Under the pieces are notes generated by a model. It was given only the letters and a program-made list of their open reading frames with translations. It made no database searches and had not been told where the DNA came from. Below, piece after piece: positions 6,553-8,461 of a stretch of DNA of 8,461 bases (positions within the stretch are counted from its first letter, which is position 1; every line of letters starts with the position of its first letter). Origin of the DNA: Octopus sinensis (taxonomy: Eukaryota); NCBI RefSeq assembly GCF_006345805.1, contig NW_021828433.1, forward strand, positions 1 through 8,461, read 5' to 3'. The translations under genes and the position numbers were made by a program.

Positions 6553-6794
6553 AAGTTCTTTTTCTTATTCTTTTTTCTTTCACTTCTTTCAGTCATTAAG
6601 ACTGCGGCCATCTTGAAGTGGCACAGCCTTGAAGTGATTTTAGTCGACAGAATCAATCCCAGTATATTTTTGAAAGCGTTCGTACATTTTCTGTCTGTCA
6701 ATTTTGCTGAACCGCTAAATTGTGAGGATGTAAACAAAGCAACACCGGCTGTCACGTGGTAGTGGTTGACAAATACTGACGCAAAAAAACATAC

Positions 6795-6996
6795 ACATAT
6801 GAATAAATCTATATGTATGTATATATGTGTATGTCTATATATAAAATGTGTGTGTGCATATATATATAAATCTATCTACCTAGCTAAATATACACACACA
6901 CATATATGCACGCACACTCACACATACTCATACACACACACTCTCTCACACACACAAACACACACACACACACACATATATTATATATATATATAC
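6795..6996. repeat. Compound (TA)/(TG)/(CA) microsatellite
   Basis: Direct reading. Confidence 0.92.
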
Positions 6997-7094
6997 CAGA
7001 ATACGCATTTAAATGCGAAACCAGGTGGAAAAAATAGTACTCGAATACCAGAGGTGGAGTAATATTGTTTATTAAAATTCAGCAAACATATCAC

Positions 7095-7141
7095 AAAAAC
7101 TGATACTCAGAGTTTCATGTTCCCGTTCGTCGGACAGTATT
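7095..7141 (-). ncRNA. Degenerate minimal type I hammerhead-like motif (left arm)
   Basis: Minus strand ATACTGT-CCGACGA-ACG(GGAA)CAT-GAAA-CT(CTG)AG-T-A-TCAGTTTTT. The core differs from CUGANGA at position 4; GUA triplet; stems I and II each have mismatches. Confidence 0.5.
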
Positions 7142-7150
7142 GCTTCTAAA

Positions 7151-7200
7151 CAAAACTGTCAGACGAACAGGAACGGGAAACTCTGAGTAAGAGAGTTTTG
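7151..7200 (+). ncRNA. Degenerate minimal type I hammerhead-like motif (right arm)
   Basis: CAAAACTGT-CAGACGA-ACA(GGAA)CGG-GAAA-CT(CTG)AG-T-A-AGAGAGTTTTG. Stem II is mostly disrupted; CAAAACT/AGTTTTG pairs at 7 bp. Confidence 0.4.
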
Positions 7201-7226
7201 GTCATATTTTGCAGCCTTTTAATAAA

Positions 7227-7254
7227 ATATATATATATATATAGAGATAGATAT

Positions 7255-7286
<32 letters not shown>

Positions 7287-7287
7287 G

Positions 7288-7333
<46 letters not shown>

Positions 7334-7375
7334 TAGATAAATAGAGATACACACACACAAACACACACACACACG
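7227..7375. repeat. Compound (TA)n-(GATA)n-(CA)n microsatellite
   Basis: Direct reading. Confidence 0.97.
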
Positions 7376-7826
7376 CATGACAGGTTTCTTTCATTTTGCG
7401 GCTACCATGTCCACTCACAAAGTTTTGGTCTGCCCGAGGTTATAGCAGAAGACACTTGCCTATGGGGTCGCGCAGACAAATTGAACCCGTAAATATGTAG
7501 TTGGGAAGCAAAATTCTAGCCACACTGCCATGTTTGTACTTGTTGTTGATATTGTTTTTCTCGTTGTCGATAATGGAAAGTGCCTGGAAACAAATCTGTA
7601 AAAAATTGCGGGTCCCCCCCCCCACTTGATCGTAATTCTAAATACATCCATGTCATTAAGATTATCTTTTGATGTGGAATCAGCCCCCAAGAACACAAGA
7701 GATCTAGAATCAGAACCAATACTAAACTATCATGGAATTCAAAGAGAATACAGACGATAAATACCAAAAAAAACCATATCAAAACAAAACACAAATAAAT
7801 AAAATGCATCACATAGATTTCCGTAT

Positions 7827-7853
7827 TGTGTGTGTGTGTGTGTGTGTGTGTGT
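7827..7853. repeat. (TG)n microsatellite
   Basis: Direct reading. Confidence 0.97.
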
Positions 7854-8229
7854 ATTTGCGCGTATATGTGTGTGTAAATGTGGATTTTTTTTATCTCCAC
7901 TTAAACCGGAAAATCTCTTAAGTCTTTGGAAATGGATTTGTATAAAAGAAGCGGGTATGTTTGTGGGATAACTAAATTCTTAGACTTTCTTATTGAGGTG
8001 CAGCTGTGTGTTGTTGGTAATCGCTATGGCATGTTCAGTGAAGTTTGAAATATGTAGGAGAAAAAGAAATAAAATGGAGGCATATATGCGATAAAGGCGA
8101 TACAGGCGTTCTAGCATGTTTTTCAATGAGCGATATTACGCTGATATGAAATGAGTAGAAATGGGTGAAAGAGAAAGAGTGAGAATCAATGAGACGTGGA
8201 GAGTCAGTGAGGGAAACAGAGAATCAGTG

Positions 8230-8380
8230 AGATATATAATATATCTTATATATATATAATATATATCTATATATATAGATAATATATATCAAGCTATAGA
8301 TACGGTGATAGATAAGTAGTGAGAGCAAGCGGAGCGAGAGAGAGGAGAGAGGGAGAGAGAGAAAGGAGAGGGAGAGAGGA
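8230..8380. repeat. Degenerate (TA)n followed by a (GA)-rich purine tract
   Basis: Direct reading (TA-rich 8230-8290; GA-rich 8333-8379). Confidence 0.85.
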
Positions 8381-8461
8381 TCATGAGAAGGAAATTTTAT
8401 TTCAGTAAAATCTATCAATGAATAGATAGATTGCACACACGCACTCATACACGTGTGTGCT

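Larger units (their letters stand above)
6997..7226. mobile_element. Palindromic foldback element between (TA)n tracts, Penelope-like inverted terminal repeats; right arm shorter than left
   Basis: Core arms 7104-7138 and 7155-7189 are 31/35 complementary. Symmetry extends to TTTATTAAAA (7068-7077) / TTTTAATAAA (7217-7226). The centre is at 7146/7147, and both flanks are TA repeats. Confidence 0.8.
6555..7540 (-). mobile_element. Composite SINE: tRNA/CORE-like head (7376-7540), expanded internal microsatellite with a nested insertion, 3' domain (about 6590-6790) and A-rich tail (6555-6592)
   Basis: On the minus strand: A-box-like TGGCAGTGTGG (7520-7530), B-box-like GGGTTCAATTT (7478-7488), CORE-like ATAGGCAAGTGTC, and 3' domain ...AAGATGGCCGCAGTCTTAATGACTGAAAG followed by a purine/A-rich tail. 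Joining head and 3' domain into one element relies on recalled family architecture. Confidence 0.65.

Noticed and set aside
6606-6758. YY1-like GGCCATCTTG (6606-6615) and E-box GTCACGTGG (6751-6759) as a promoter
   Set aside because: Both fall inside the SINE 3' domain and are probably chance variants of repeat sequence.
8265-8280. 16-bp palindrome ATCTATATATATAGAT
   Set aside because: It is a trivial consequence of (TA)n self-complementarity.
1-8461. CRISPR array, prokaryotic operon, tRNA or rRNA genes
   Set aside because: There is no repeat-spacer periodicity and no gene-dense coding. The tRNA-like A/B boxes belong to SINE heads and form no cloverleaf.

Overview
This is repeat-saturated, AT-rich eukaryotic non-coding DNA (intronic or intergenic). 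The SINE-like repeats and extreme microsatellite density look like an Octopus/coleoid cephalopod genome; that is recognition from memory, not a database result. No host protein-coding gene, rRNA, tRNA or CRISPR array is supported. Nearly all ORFs in the supplied track are translations of microsatellites. The only recognisable protein sequence is from decayed non-LTR retrotransposons: a CR1-group ORF2 C-terminus (2244-2735, +), a possible ORF2 linker piece (2042-2150, +), and a restriction-like-endonuclease (R4/Dong-like) C-terminus (3240-3718, -). There are several tRNA-derived SINE pieces and two long foldback inverted repeats. Two observations stand out. (1) A 375-bp, ~56% GC insert (4804-5178) is flanked by an exact 13-bp direct repeat, starts with an HDV-like ribozyme fold and ends in a short tandem tail, so it is a candidate ribozyme-headed non-autonomous retroposon. 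(2) A palindromic element (7068-7226) has a degenerate minimal type I hammerhead topology in each arm, on opposite strands, as seen in Penelope-like terminal repeats. Both ribozyme calls are by-eye folds with mismatches, and activity is untested.
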